Shown here in pieces: positions 12,526 to 25,205 of a DNA stretch of 64,000 nucleotides. Both the position numbers and the translations under genes were made by a program. Positions within the stretch are counted from its first letter, which is position 1; each line of letters opens with the position of its first letter. A model generated the notes under the pieces. The model made no database searches and was not told the DNA's origin. It was given only the letters and a program-made list of their open reading frames with translations. The DNA is from Takakia lepidozioides (lineage: Eukaryota; Plantae; Bryophyta): NCBI GenBank assembly GCA_030704615.1, contig CM060732.1:45384001-45448000 (forward strand), written 5' to 3'.

Positions 12526-13058
12526 ATGTCTCCGGAGGATTTCAAAAGTGCAGCGGATAAAATGTTGGAGGAGACACACAGTAGCATTGGCAGAGTTCTG
12601 GGCAGCAGGGTATTCCAGCGGACTCTTCGAATCCCACTCTGTCGCATGGTCTCCCTTCCCATCGTCAGGCAGGCCCTTCCCGGAGATGTGGATAAGCTCA
12701 AGTTCGCATTTCGAGAAGGGTACCGCCTGGGATCGGCAGCGTTTTACGTTTCCATTGAGAATGAGGACGGCGAAACTCGTGGACCCACTGCCGATGAATT
12801 GTCAACTTGGGATACCCACTGGCACACTCGCAACGACGAATTCGAGGCGACGCTGAAGGGTGACCCAGACTTCGGCCATATGTCGGGTAAAATGTTCTTT
12901 GTGTGGGACGGGAATCACCGACTTCTCGCCTGGTGGGAGTACATCAAGCAGAACCATGCCAAGCACATTGGCTGGCATTACATGGTGGAGTGTGTCATCC
13001 TCAAGGTGAAGGCGGCAGACTCCTCCCTGCTCAAGAATGCCATGGCGGACCTCAACTC
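12526..13058 (+). CDS. Exon encoding the ParB/Sulfiredoxin-like domain
   Basis: IPLCRMVSLPIVRQ...VDKLKFAFREGY...KMFFVWDGNHRLLAW...VECVIL matches the ParB/Srx box I and DGxHR signature. Confidence 0.75.
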
Positions 13059-15229
13059 GTAAGATACTCATACCCTCCCTAGCACGTTCGAAATGCGGTG
13101 CCGCATTTCGGTTTCCATTCTGGTTTGTTTCCGTGCTTCCGTGTACTGAACTGGAGAGTGTGCCTTGCAGGGTCACTGAGAATGCGTACGTGCATACCCA
13201 CATGGCACACATGCTGTACAGGGTGAGGAAAACTGGTCTCACTGATCCGCAGATGTTTGCGGAAATGCTGGAGCCCGAGCTCATTCAGAAAGCCGTTGCA
13301 AAAACAGACCGGACATGGTATCGTCTCACTATGGATGGAATGGTGGAGGTGATATACGAAGTAAGTCGTCCTCCAATTTCCCTCTGCTCATCCTTCCCCA
13401 ATTTTCAGTAATGTTTCCACATGAATCGAATGTAACGCTTCTGCATGTTTTTGTCGGCAGTCAAACATCAAGCTGGATTTGGCCCATGCCAAACGCTTCT
13501 TCATGGAAAGTGAGGGGCAGGTCAAAACGTTGCAGTCATTGACTGAGCACTTGAAGGAAGCCGGTGTCAAGTCCAAACCAAATACAAGTCAAAGCTTGTG
13601 AAGCTGGTGGCAATTGCAGATCCGGCACTTGGAAAGGACTTCATCCCCGAGATTGCAAAACACTATTCTCGGGCCATGCAGCCGACCATGCAATTGGAGA
13701 AACTGCATCACCTCTCAACGGCATGTGTGGAGGCGAAAGAGAAGGTGAGGTTTCAATGCACTGAAGTTCCTTCCTAGCAATAGCCACTCTCTTCCAGCTC
13801 CTGACATTGGATCGGAAATGGCAGACACGGTGGCTGTCGATCTGGAATGCATCCGAGAGCATAAGGACAATGTGGTCTTTTCCACTCGAAGTTTCCGACC
13901 CTGCAGTGGATGTGTGGCTCAACCGTATGACTTGGTGGTTCCAGGTAATTCAAGGTACTTCCCCAGATTTGCTTTTCTGACATGAATTCCCTGAACTGCT
14001 ACGTGACAATGGATTTGGGAATCGCAGGTAATGTCGAATGCGAAGGAGCAAGTCGTAATGCACACAAATTCGTTCGGCTTGTACGTCAAATGGGATGGAA
14101 CACAGACATTGGAAGACTACGTGACACGTTTCAGATGTGCGTACAAGGACAACCTTTTCGCCAGAGAGCTACAGACAGCAAGAAGGAGCGTGGAGTTTAC
14201 ACATCAGGAGGGAGCGGGGAAAGCTGCAATGCGAATTGTTTACAGGTGAAGCACAGCTGCCCTTGTATGCGAAGCCTGGTTACGAGGTTTGTCTCGGAAA
14301 TGCGGCACCGCATTCGCATTTTATGTTTTCGGTGGCACTCTGCGAGTAGGTTGGTCTCAACTTTTGCTCACGCATGCTGACTGCCTTGCAGGTATATGAA
14401 ATACGTGCTCCTTCAGACAGGGGCCCTGGCTCAAGAACCCCCGTTCTTCATGGCTTGGACCGTGGCGGGCCCAAGCTGTGTCTACACACCCGAGATGCAG
14501 AAACAATGGCATCCCGCGCATCTGGTTGGATGCCCGTGGTACCTGGACATGTCTGGCGGTATTGTTGACGAGTCTGAGAAAGATCTGCACGCCTTGGCAG
14601 AAGAGAAGAGAAAGGAAAGACGTGTCCCTGCTGGGCCAAAGTCGGCAAAGGAATCTGCTGCTCTGGAAGAATCCTGAAAGGCAGCTGAGATGGCACAAAA
14701 GACGGTGGATGCAGCTGTGCAGGCCCAACAGAAGGGGTCGAAGAAGAGGACTCGCCAGCAAGGAGCAGCTGTTGTGACACCCGCCAAAACGAAAAAGCAG
14801 AAACAGCCTGTTCAGGAAGAGGGTGAGGAAGAGGACTCCGATGGAGACTTTGCAACCAGCCCACCCCCCCAAACGCAGGCTGCCTCCCCTGTGCCCACCG
14901 TTGTCACGAGAGGCACGAGAACTGGCTCGGCAAAGAAGGCACTCTTCAACTCCCCAGGGGGGTACCCTTTCGAGCCGGTGGAAATGAAGAGGCCGAAAGT
15001 GGCTCCCGAAACAGTAGTCCAGTGTGTAAATGAGAGTTTCTTGGCGGCTTTGGATGGACGGGCAGCCAAGTTGGCATACATGAAGACCATGGAGGGTCTG
15101 AAGGGCAGAGCACTGAAGAAGGCGACTGCCGAAGAGCCTTCCGACACCCCAGGATTTCAGAATATGGTCTCGTTCTTTGAGAGGGTGTGTGCAGACAAGG
15201 ATTGTAGGAGGGGCGGAAATGCCACCTAG

Positions 15230-15760
15230 TGGTCTTGCGATATGATCATCTTGGATATTCCGGACGGAGAGCCTGTGGAAGGACTGCAAGCTTTGCCATC
15301 TTGGAACAGGTACTCGGAGGACTTTTGGAAGAAAGGATTCGGGCTTGCCCGCATGGTGTTGGACGACAGAGGCTGTGTGGTTGTCCTGGCGAGCAGAGGA
15401 AAAAACACTCAGACAGGAATTGCGAAGTGGACCCGCAAGAGCGCCATCCCGATTCTGAAAAAGAAGTGGACGTGCATCAACACACTGGGCCTTCGGTCGG
15501 AAGGGAAGAAGGTGATTACGACACTGGCACTCATCCATTCATTTGCTTGGGTGTTTTCAAATGCGGTGCCGCATTCGGTTTCTAATCGTTTTCCCCCTGT
15601 GTATGCAGACGAAGCAGTTCGATGCATACTGCTTTGTGAAGGAGAACTCCACCTTTGCTTTCCGGAAGGAGGGAGGAAAGGTTGACCCGAACTACGACCC
15701 ACTCGATTACGACGTTCTGTTCAACAACGTTCCCAAGGAACTTCTCCCTCATAGCCTCAC
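15230..15760 (+). CDS. Amino-methyltransferase-like domain, N-terminal part (motifs IV-VI), two exons
   Basis: SCDMIILDIPDG (DPPY-position motif), ARMVLDDRGCVVV (RxLKxxG-type motif), later FDAYCFVK. Confidence 0.6.
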
Positions 15761-16756
15761 TGTCGCGCGGCTTTTACTCACCCATCCCTTCGCTATCCGA
15801 GGCGGAAACTCCAAGATAGAAGAGTTGGAAATCTCTAAGTACTCAGCCCGCGCAGAACAATCAGTCATGACCTACAGCTAGTGTATCATGGGGGTGTTTC
15901 CTATTTGTTTCCCTTTCCGCATTCATCTTAGCTACCTTACCATTGATAATTAAGTATCAGTTTGCTTCATCAATCTATCGGTTTCCTTCACTCATCCATT
16001 CAATCCACAGCTTCACTCAGATCTCTCTACACAGTGTGATTGTATCGTATAAGTATCAGATTATGATTTATCAGGTATCAGGCCGAAGCCATTATGTCTC
16101 TAATCTGCTCTCCAATATCACTACAGCTTTGCATATAACAAGCATCTACTAATCCTCTTTTCTCCTTCTTCGTGCTCTCCATCTCTTGCTTCCGATCTCC
16201 GCTCCAGCCTGACTAAGAAGTCCTCCTCCGAATGATTTTCTCAATTCCCCGTTTTTCCCCCTTTATCTTCCTCTCCGCGGTTCTAACCGTTTCCCTCACT
16301 AACCGTGTCTGTGAACTAACATGTTCCCTTCGCAGGTGTTGTTCCCCACAGTCGTTCCCTGTCCTACTCTTCGTTCCCTATGATCGTGACCGCTGTGTCA
16401 AGCTGTGACTGGCTGTGTGAAACTGTGACGGGCTGTGACTGGCTGTGCGACTGTGTTTGGCTGTGTCGGGCTGTGACTGGCTGTGTCGGCTGTGTCGGGC
16501 TGTGATTGGTTGTGTGGGCTGTGACGACTGTGACGGGCTGTGTTGGCTGTGACGACTGTGACGGGCTGTGTTGGCTGTGTCGGCTGTGACGACTGTGACG
16601 GGCTGTGTTGGCTGTGTCTGCTGTGACGACTGTGTAACCCCCCTCTACAGTGCGCTGCTGTCACCCCTAAGGCTCCTGTTGGTCTCAGTCTGTGCAAAAT
16701 TAAGGGTACCCTACAGATCCCGTATAAGTGTCTAAGTCCCCTACAGTCCTCTAACA
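15761..16756 (-). repeat. 3' LTR (996 bp)
   Basis: Direct repeat of 28101-29096; only 2 mismatches seen by eye (15766/28106 and 16688/29028). Confidence 0.97.
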
Positions 16757-16773
16757 TTTACCCCTTCCCCCCT
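16757..16773 (-). promoter_or_regulatory. Polypurine tract
   Basis: Minus strand AGGGGGGAAGGGGTAAA abutting the 3' LTR. Confidence 0.9.
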
Positions 16774-16788
16774 CAAAAAGCCGTGTCC

Positions 16789-19700
16789 TCACGGTTTACT
16801 GTTTCCGAGTAGCAAACCTTTGTGAGTGAGCACCTTGTTGACGTTGAGAGTTTCGTGGCGGCTGTGTGTACGAGCCCGAGGTCTGTCTCTGGTTGACGGA
16901 GATGGTTGATCACTACCTGGATAAGTGAGGCCCTCTGGAGGCTGATATCGAGGTAATCTTTCCGGCATAGGAGATCCCCTTTGTTTCTTCTCTTCCATCT
17001 GAATTGCATAGTCTTCTCCCATGTCAAAAGAATTCGGTGAAGAAACAGTTGTATCAGAATCCTCATCGCCTCTCAGGTGTTTTAATTTTCGAACTTTTTG
17101 TGGAATCATCTGGGGCATACAATGCTGTCCTACCATGTCTGGAAGTTTGTATTTTACAACTTGGTGTAACCGCTGAACAGCAAAATTGGTGTAGCACTGA
17201 GCTCCTTGTCTGTCCAGGTGAGTGGGGTACCAATTACTGGTGCAGCGTGCAAGTACTTCCATGCCACATGTCCCTTATAGAAAATGTCATCAAGTCCGAA
17301 TTTCTGTGTTGACAATTGGTTGCAGGCTGCTTGAAACCATGAACGAATTTGAGAATCCTTTTGCATCATAACTTTTGGGTCATATAGGTACATATGAGGT
17401 GGCACCGAAGGTAATACCCAATGATCTCCACTGGAATAACTTTGAAAGCGTGTTTGCATCTTTTGTTGCTCAATGTGGTAACGTACCAGAAAACAAGCAG
17501 CGTAGTATAATCCGCACCCCATGACAATACTTGCTACCTCCTTGGTCTTGGTATAAATGAGTCCATGTACAACCTGGAAAGCAATCAATTCCCTCAACAT
17601 GGTACCTGCCTCGTGCCAGTATTGTGCAAAGTGATGATCTTCAATATGTCGATTGTTCGGAAGAACTTTAGTCCTAGTTGCCACTGGCAGCCAAATACGC
17701 ATGATTTGGTAGTAATGTGCGAATGACTGCGGAGGACTAAATTCTTTCCAAGCCAAATCCAACATGATGGGAATTTGGTTGAAGGGCATAATCATAGCCC
17801 TACTGTACTCCCTGGCAGCTGGAGTTTTAGGTGGGTTAAAAGCGGCATTGCCCCATACCTCCGGCTGTTGGTGGCTGTGGTGTGGTTGTAGTAACCACAG
17901 GTTCAGCTACTGGTACAGTGACTTGTTGTGGTGGTGGTGGTACTGGCTCTTGTATCATTGGCATCTCCTGCACCTCCTGTGAAGACTGAAAAGCCAAAGT
18001 TCTGGCTTTAAATAAGAAGCCATTAGCTGTTCCTGAGGAATATAGACTCTTTGGTCGATGTTTGAAGTGAGGTCTTCCACTTGAGTCTGCAGTCCGTCTA
18101 CATCCTCTTGTAACTCTGCTATCCTACTATAGACATTGTCTATAGTAGTTGTGGCAATGTTCTGCACCTGCAGCCTGAGCTCATTCATCTCTCTTTGGGT
18201 GAGCTTCCGTGGTGCTTTGCCTCTCTACTGGCCCTTGTGCTAACCAGACCTGCATAAGGCTGTTATCCACCAAGTTGCTTGTGGTTCCCCTGAGAGTTTG
18301 CTCCTCTCTTAGCTTGTACAATTCCAACTGCTGTTGTAAAGCCTCCATGCGCTTCGCCTGAGGTTCAACCAATTGCGCATAAGCAGCAAGTAGATTATTG
18401 GCTTCCTTCCAAGCCTTGTTATTGACCGCGATTTCATTTCTATTGGCCATGATGGTTTGTTGCAACTCCACGATGTGCTTCTCTTGATCAGCTTCAATCT
18501 GCCTGTATTGCTTGAAAGTATCTTCATTGCGACAGATTGTATTCTTCATATCGACAATGAGCTTCATTTGCTCAACATTCTCTTCTTCTGCCTTCGTACA
18601 TTTTTCCGCTTGACTGTTTATTTCTTTTGTAGATTGGTCAAGCATAGTTGTGAATGTAGCACATTGTATCGCCATCCTGTTATGCACTGTCTGCAACTCC
18701 GTATGTAGTGCATTCAGTTCTTGCAACTTGCTTTCATGCTGCACCTGCATTTGGTATAGCTGTTGCTTATGTGCTTCGTGCAACTGGTCTTGCGCGAGGC
18801 CTGCCTCAATCAATTGTTGCTTGGCCAATTGCAAAGCCATTTCTGTATTTCCCAAGTCCTGCTTCATCTTGAGAGTGACCTCTTCATCGACCTTGTTTGC
18901 ACACTCAGTGGCAAGTCGAGCCTCAAACTCCTTCCTGAGTTCCTCTTTCAAGGCTGTCAATTGGGTAATTGGAACATGGGATTTGACATAAGTCCCCAAC
19001 AAATTAAGTGTCCTGCCTATGGAACTCATCAGCATTGCCTGTTGAGGGTCATCATGGTGAGGTTGCTGCTGTTCCTCCTCTTTTCAACAGTGTGATGTCT
19101 CACTAACCATTCAGGCCATTGTCCCACCGGATTTTCTTCCTGAACTACTTCATCTATCACCGGTGCTACAGTGTCATGACCTTCCGCCTGTGGTACCTCC
19201 GACACAGGTGTGTGTACCTCAGGATTTCCCTTGGGCAACTGTTGCACCTCTGGGATTTCTGTCTCCTTGACCAGACCAGAATATTCATAGAGAAGGTCCC
19301 CCTTCTCTATTTCTGCCACTATCTGTTCTGTAGTTGGAATATCTAACCCTTCACTTTCCAAATCAATTATTTCTGGTTGAGCTGCATGGATAACTTGTGA
19401 CCTTGTGACAAGTCGTTCAGGTGGCTGTGATGGTTGTGATGCAGAAGTAACTTCCTCCTCCCTCTCTGAAGGTCCTGCTTCCAGTAATAACATTCTTTTG
19501 TGCTGCTGTGCCCCTTCCTGGTCATGAGCTTGGGAAACATTATCATGCGGAATCCGTGAAGCCAGTGGATCCGCCACTACAGTCTTTCCCCTTCTCTGCC
19601 TCTTAGTCTCGGGTTGTGCTGCTAGTCCACCCTCACTGTGTGAAGAGCCTTGCTCTTCCATTGCAGTTGTTTCTGGCTCAAACACTCCCATTTCCTTCCT

Positions 19701-20999
19701 TTCTTGTGCATTAAGTATGCCAGAATTAAGGATTATTTGAGCAATGATTGGGCCAGACACTATGATAGGAGACTTTGCGGTAGTACCTTGTAATCTTTTC
19801 ATCTCCTCTACCAGTGCGTTGTACATTATGTCCGCCCATTGTACCTCTTGTCCCTTCAGGCCTTTGAGTATTTCCTCTGTGAAGGATCTGCTCAAATATT
19901 GTTGGTTCTGTTTCAGGGCAATCAGAACGTTCAATACCTGGCCTATCTCTTTTAACCCTGGGTACACAGCTTTGGTACAAGCATAACCCTGAGTTTTAAA
20001 GAAACTCCCTTCTTGGAATAAGTCCCCTATTTGCAGTCTTGCCCTGTGTTCCTCCACATGCACCTGACCTGCTGGCAATCGAAACAATTGCTGGAGGTAT
20101 AGGGGAGTAATCATTAATTCAACTCCCTTCACCGTTGTTGTTCCTGTCCTTGGCTCAAAGTTCTGCAAAAATTGTAACATGTACTGTCTATGGTGTAGTG
20201 TCCAATCTAGGCTTTGCAATCCTTCCAATCTCAGCTCCTCCAGTATCTTTATCGCCTGTGGGGTAGCCATCGTTTGTTTCTGCAGAATTGTGGTGCTCTT
20301 CACCCTGATTTCCTCCATTCCTCTCACTCTCTTCATTTTAGACTCACAGAACTGCTTTGGCTGTAACAACTGCAGGAATGCCTGTAGTGCACAAAGCATA
20401 AACGTATGGTTGCCGCAGAAAGCTATGGGTAATCTCTTGTAAGCCTGCGGGGCTTGCAAGCATCGCTCAAGAGAAAAGCTCCGCTCTGTCCTTTCGTGTC
20501 TATGCCACTGCGTAAGTAATATTGCGAGCGTATAGTCTGTTAGTTCCTCCATAGTTTCCAAGGTATAGCATTGATGGTCTGTCCTGTCGAGACGCCCGTT
20601 ACTCAGAACGACGCCGCCTCTTGCGCTCAATTTCCCTCCATTTTCTTGATCATTTCTCTGGTTTTCTATTGGCTGTATCCGCTGTGACTGGATTTTAACT
20701 TTTATCTTCTTTAGTGGACTTTCCCTGTTGGATAGTCCACTAGGATCACACATGTGACAAGAATTCGGCTTTTCTGTACTTGCCGTTCGTTCCGTTTCCC
20801 TTTTTCCGTACTCATTAATGGGCCCGCCTTTCATCCCTTTTGACGGCCGTTCTTGTCCTCTTTCTTTTTGACACCTGTCCTTGCACTTCATTCTCTGCTG
20901 TGTGTCGCACCCTGACCTCCACGTGTCTATTTTTAAAGTAATTTCCGTTTCTTCTTCCTTCAGCCATTTTCCTGAAGTTATTATGTGTCCACTTGTCAC
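16789..20999 (-). CDS. Long sense-strand 3' accessory ORF (plant-transposon/Athila-ORF-like N-terminal domain, acidic linker, coiled coil, aromatic-rich C-terminal domain); frameshifted in this copy
   Basis: ORFs 19029-20999, 18181-19035, 17955-18188, 17154-17795 and 16789-17262 are collinear with the single 823-aa ORF at 33391-35862. The motif QFLQNF...VKGVELMIT...LFRLP resembles accessory domains of Athila-type elements. True start uncertain. Confidence 0.75.
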
Positions 21000-21026
21000 T
21001 GATTCTATGGATCGTGTAACTTTAGT

Positions 21027-21356
21027 AGGCTGTGTTGAGCTGTGACAGGCTGTGTCATACTGTGTTACGCTGTGATAGGCTGTGATGCACTGTGGTAAGC
21101 TGTGATAGGCTGTGACACGCTGTGGTAGGTTGTGATAGGCTGTGTTGCGCCGTGCTGGGCTGTGATAGGCTGTGTTGCGCCTTGCTGGGCTGTGATAGGC
21201 TGTGTTGTGCCTTGCTGGGCTGTGATAGGCTGTGTCATGTCGTGATGGGCTGTGATAGGCTGTGTTGCGCCGTGCTGGGCTGTGATAGGCTGTGTTGCGC
21301 CGTGATGGCTGTGATAGGCTGTGTTGCGCCTTGCTGGGCTGTGATAGGCTGTGTCA
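21027..21356. repeat. GCTGTG-based 30-bp tandem repeat at the end of pol
   Basis: GGGCTGTGATAGGCTGTGTTGCGCCGTGCT-like units; translated as QPITAQHGAT repeats at the integrase C-terminus. Confidence 0.95.
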
Positions 21357-24300
21357 CGTTTGTTTTGCCCACCCTGGTCATATATGCTGGGCCTAGCGAC
21401 AAGTGTTCCATACTCCGTTCGTAACACTGGTGCAGCCCGTGACTGCTCTTGCGGTTCAACATGCAAATCATGCTGCAGGGGTTTGTCATGGATACCACTG
21501 TACCCCTTCAACTTATTTGCATTGACTCTTCCCAGCATTTCTTTGTTAATGGTTTGTAACATGGCGGTGTTGTTATCATACATCTTTTGTATGACATAAG
21601 GTCCTTTCCATGGTGATTTAAGCTTAGAAGCTTGAATCTTTCCTTTCTTCTGCAACCATAGAACCAAATCCCCCGTCTTAAAAGTCTTTAACTTGCCTTC
21701 ATCAAACTGTTCCTTTCGCTTCATCTGAATTCTGGTCATATTATCAGCTGCATCAGCACGTACTTCTTCCACATGGTATAATTCATGTTTCCTGACCTTG
21801 ATGGAGTCTTGCAATTCCATTCTTTTTCCCCACTCCGTTCTCATGGTAGGTAACAGGAATTCCACTGGAAGTAAGGCTTCCATACCATAAACTAATTGGA
21901 ATGGTGTATACTTAGTGGTGACTTTATATGAAGTCCTGTATGACCACAAAGCTGTCAGCAGCTTTGTATCCCAATCCGTTCTGTTTGCATTGACTATCTT
22001 AGCCAAGATAGTACATAGTATTTTGTTGGTAGCCTCTGCCTGCCCATTACCCTGTGGGTAATATGTTGTACTCTTTCTATGCACAATCATAAACTCTTTA
22101 GTCAACAACTCAATGGTCTCATTCATGAAGTGACTTCCTTGATCACTGATAAATTCTAAGGGACAGCCAAATCGTGTAAGTATGTTCTCGTACAGGAACC
22201 TTGCTGTGGACTTGGCTGTGTTGTCCCTCAAAGCTTTAGCTTCCACCCACTTTGTAGTATAATCAGTGGCTGTAATTATGTACCTGTTTCGTGTATTCTT
22301 GGATGGTGGGTTAATTGGTCCAACAAAGTCTAGTCCCCATTTCTGAAATGGTTCCGTAGGCATTGTAGGATGCAAGGCCATCCTTCCAGATCTCTGCAAA
22401 GGTCCTAGCCTCTGACATTCATCACACTTCTGACAATACTCGTGTACATCTTTGAACAAAGTAGGCCACCAGTATCCTGCGAGTAGTATCTTTCTACTGG
22501 TAGTCTCTTCTCCAAAATGACCTCCAGCCACTCCTTTATGAACTTCCGCCAAAACTTTATTTACTTCATGGTGGTACAAGCATCGTTTTAGTACTCCATC
22601 AGGTCCTAACTTATACATTCTGCTTCCTACCATAGTATAAGGTAAAGCTTTGATAGCGATTCTCTTCCTCTGCTCCTTACCATAACTAGGTGGGCACTGA
22701 CCATGAGCAAGGTAGTATCTGATTGGCCACTGCCAATCTAACCATTCATCTGCACTTCCTTGCACCTCCATTACAATAAACTCGCATCAGGTAACTGATC
22801 GTCCACTCCTGTGGCGGCCTCTCCTGTTGTTAGTCGTGACAAATGATCTGCCACAAGATGCAAACGGCCAGGCTTGTAAATAACCTCGAACTCAAACTCA
22901 TGCAAGATTATTAACCACCTCGCTATCCTTCCACTTATCAGGTTTGTTCACCAGATATATCAGAGCCTGGTGATCCACATAAAACATAAACTTCTTGCCC
23001 AACAGGTAATGCCTGAATTTCTTCACTGCATAGATCATTGCCAATGCTTCTCTTTCCGTTGTGCTATAGTTCCTTTCAGCACTGTTCATCAACCGGCTAG
23101 CATAGTACACAGGTGAATCTATATTTCCTGTAACATTCTGGGCTAACACCGCTCCCAACGCTTCTCCTGATGCATCGCAGTGAACATGAAATACTACATG
23201 CCAGTGAGGGTTAATCAGCACAGGTGTAGTTGTTACTGACAGTGTAAGTTCCTCAAATGCCTGTTGACATTCAGCTGTCCAGGCAAACACTGCATCTTTC
23301 TTCAGAAGCTTGCTCAATGGTGCTGCTATTTGTGCATACCTTTTGACAAATCTTCTGTAATAACTGGTTTGCCCAAGGAATCTCCTTAAACTCTTAACAT
23401 TCACTGGTGGTGGAGAGCTTTAATGGACTCTGTCTTCCTGGGATCCACAAGAAGTCCCTTCTTACACACAATGTGTCCCAGAAGCACCCCTGAGTTCACA
23501 CAGAAAGTACACTTCTCTGGATTCAAGGCCCAGACCTCTCATCCTGCATCTGGCCAGGCATAACTCCAATTTATGCAAGTGCTCATTCTTAGAGCTGTAC
23601 ACACTGAAATCATCCAAAAACACCTGCATGAAATCATCCAGATACTCATGAAAAGATTCACTTATCACTCTCTGAAAGGTCGCTGGTGCATTACAAAGTC
23701 CAAAGGGCATGACTTTGTATGCATAAGCCCCCCAGTCTGTGATGAAAGCTGTTTTCCCTTGGTCTTCTTCTGCCACTTGCACTTGATTATAACCACTGAA
23801 GCCATCCATGAATGAGTACATCTCATGGCCTGCCACAGTGTCTAATACTGCTTCTGTGAATGGCAAAGGGAAAGGATCTTTCTTCGTACAAGCATTCAGC
23901 TTCTTATAGTTCACACATACTCTTAGTTTGCCATTCTTCTTGGGAACTATAACAATGGGTGACAACCAAGTTGTATACTCTATTGGGTATATAAACTTAG
24001 CCTCAGCCAACTTCTTTATCTCTTCTCCAACCTTCTGTGCGTAGTTGGGATTCATTCTATACCTCGCCTGCTTGATTGGTACTGACCCTGGTTCCAGTTC
24101 AATCTTATGCTGACAGACTTCAGGTGGTATCCCTTTTAGATCCTCATAGCTCCAAGCAAATACATCTCTGTATTTGATGAACAAGCTTTTAGCTTCTTCG
24201 AAGAATTCCGGCTCCAAATCAGCTCCTACTTTCACCATCCTCGGTTCCTCTTTAGTTCCCACATTTACTTCTCTCACCTGCTCATCAGCTGTGATTGTCC

Positions 24301-25205
24301 AACCAGTCACCACTTCATCCTGTAAGCTCACAGTGGCTGGTTCTTCTAGGATTTCTATTCTCCTTCTCTTTCTTCATAGAAATGTGATGGGTAAATGCTG
24401 GTTTCTTCTTCGTTGGTGTTGCTGTCACTACACCACAGCAGATACCTCTCAAACAACTTAGGCTTTCCAGCCGCATCTCTGCAACCTGCTCCCACTCTGG
24501 GTGTGCAGCAAATAGGGTAGCTTCCTGCTCCTCATCCAGTCCTCCTCTCCAGTCATACTCTCTGACTCCTCGAGGTCTTCTTGTAGCAGGTAATCTACTA
24601 GATTTCTTTGTGGTAATTTGTATCTCGTGTATCCCATTATGCACGGTTAGTAACTGAGAATTCCAGTCATGGAATACCCTGGCCTGTTTCAGCCACGGAC
24701 GTCCCAATAATAAGGAGTAAGCCTCCATGACTTCATCCATTTTTAATACAGTTACTGTGATCATAAAGATCATTTTCTGTATCTGTATCTTAACTCCTCT
24801 TATTAATCCCAATGGCTGTACACTTCTTTGATCTGCCATTGTTACTGTAAATGGGGCTGGTTTCATGTTACTTAGACCAAGCTTCTTCCTTAATTGGTCT
24901 GTCATGATATTTACTCCAGAACCACCATCTATCAGTACATCAGTTAGTTCTGTGCTTCCAATTCTCAATTGGATTACTGGCATAGAATCATCAAAGTCCA
25001 TGATTGGTTCTCGCCCTTCCGGCTTCACATTATAACTGGTCACCTTGCTGTTCAGGTCTGTGTTTCCTGTCTCTAGGGCAATTCGATTGATTGCTTGATA
25101 CAGCCTGTGCCTACAATAAGGTGCCACAGCTAATAGCTGTCCAATGGTAATTTCTGCTTTGGTCTGACATATTACTTCAGCCAAAGTCTCTTCATTACTT
25201 TGCAT
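21065..25205 (-). CDS. pol: Pol: protease, reverse transcriptase, RNase H, integrase (several frameshifts)
   Basis: VLIDGGSGVN (PR); FMDGFSGY..MPFGLCNAPATFQR..FLDDF (RT); CDAS..NYSTTEREALA (RH); H..H..CDECQ, WGLDFVGP, ISDQGSHF, NGQAE, GPY (IN). Confidence 0.95.

Noticed and set aside
14357-15538. 393-aa minus-strand ORF
   Set aside because: Antisense shadow of the plus-strand exon that carries the recognisable MTase motifs.
11550-15760. Bacterial or phage contamination explaining the ParB/MTase
   Set aside because: The gene has GT-AG introns, sits inside TIRs with a TSD in a plant Gypsy, and is itself interrupted by a plant Gypsy with a perfect TSD.
16789-20999. Retroviral env gene
   Set aside because: It occupies the env position, but no signal peptide or transmembrane segment is visible; it is dominated by coiled coil.
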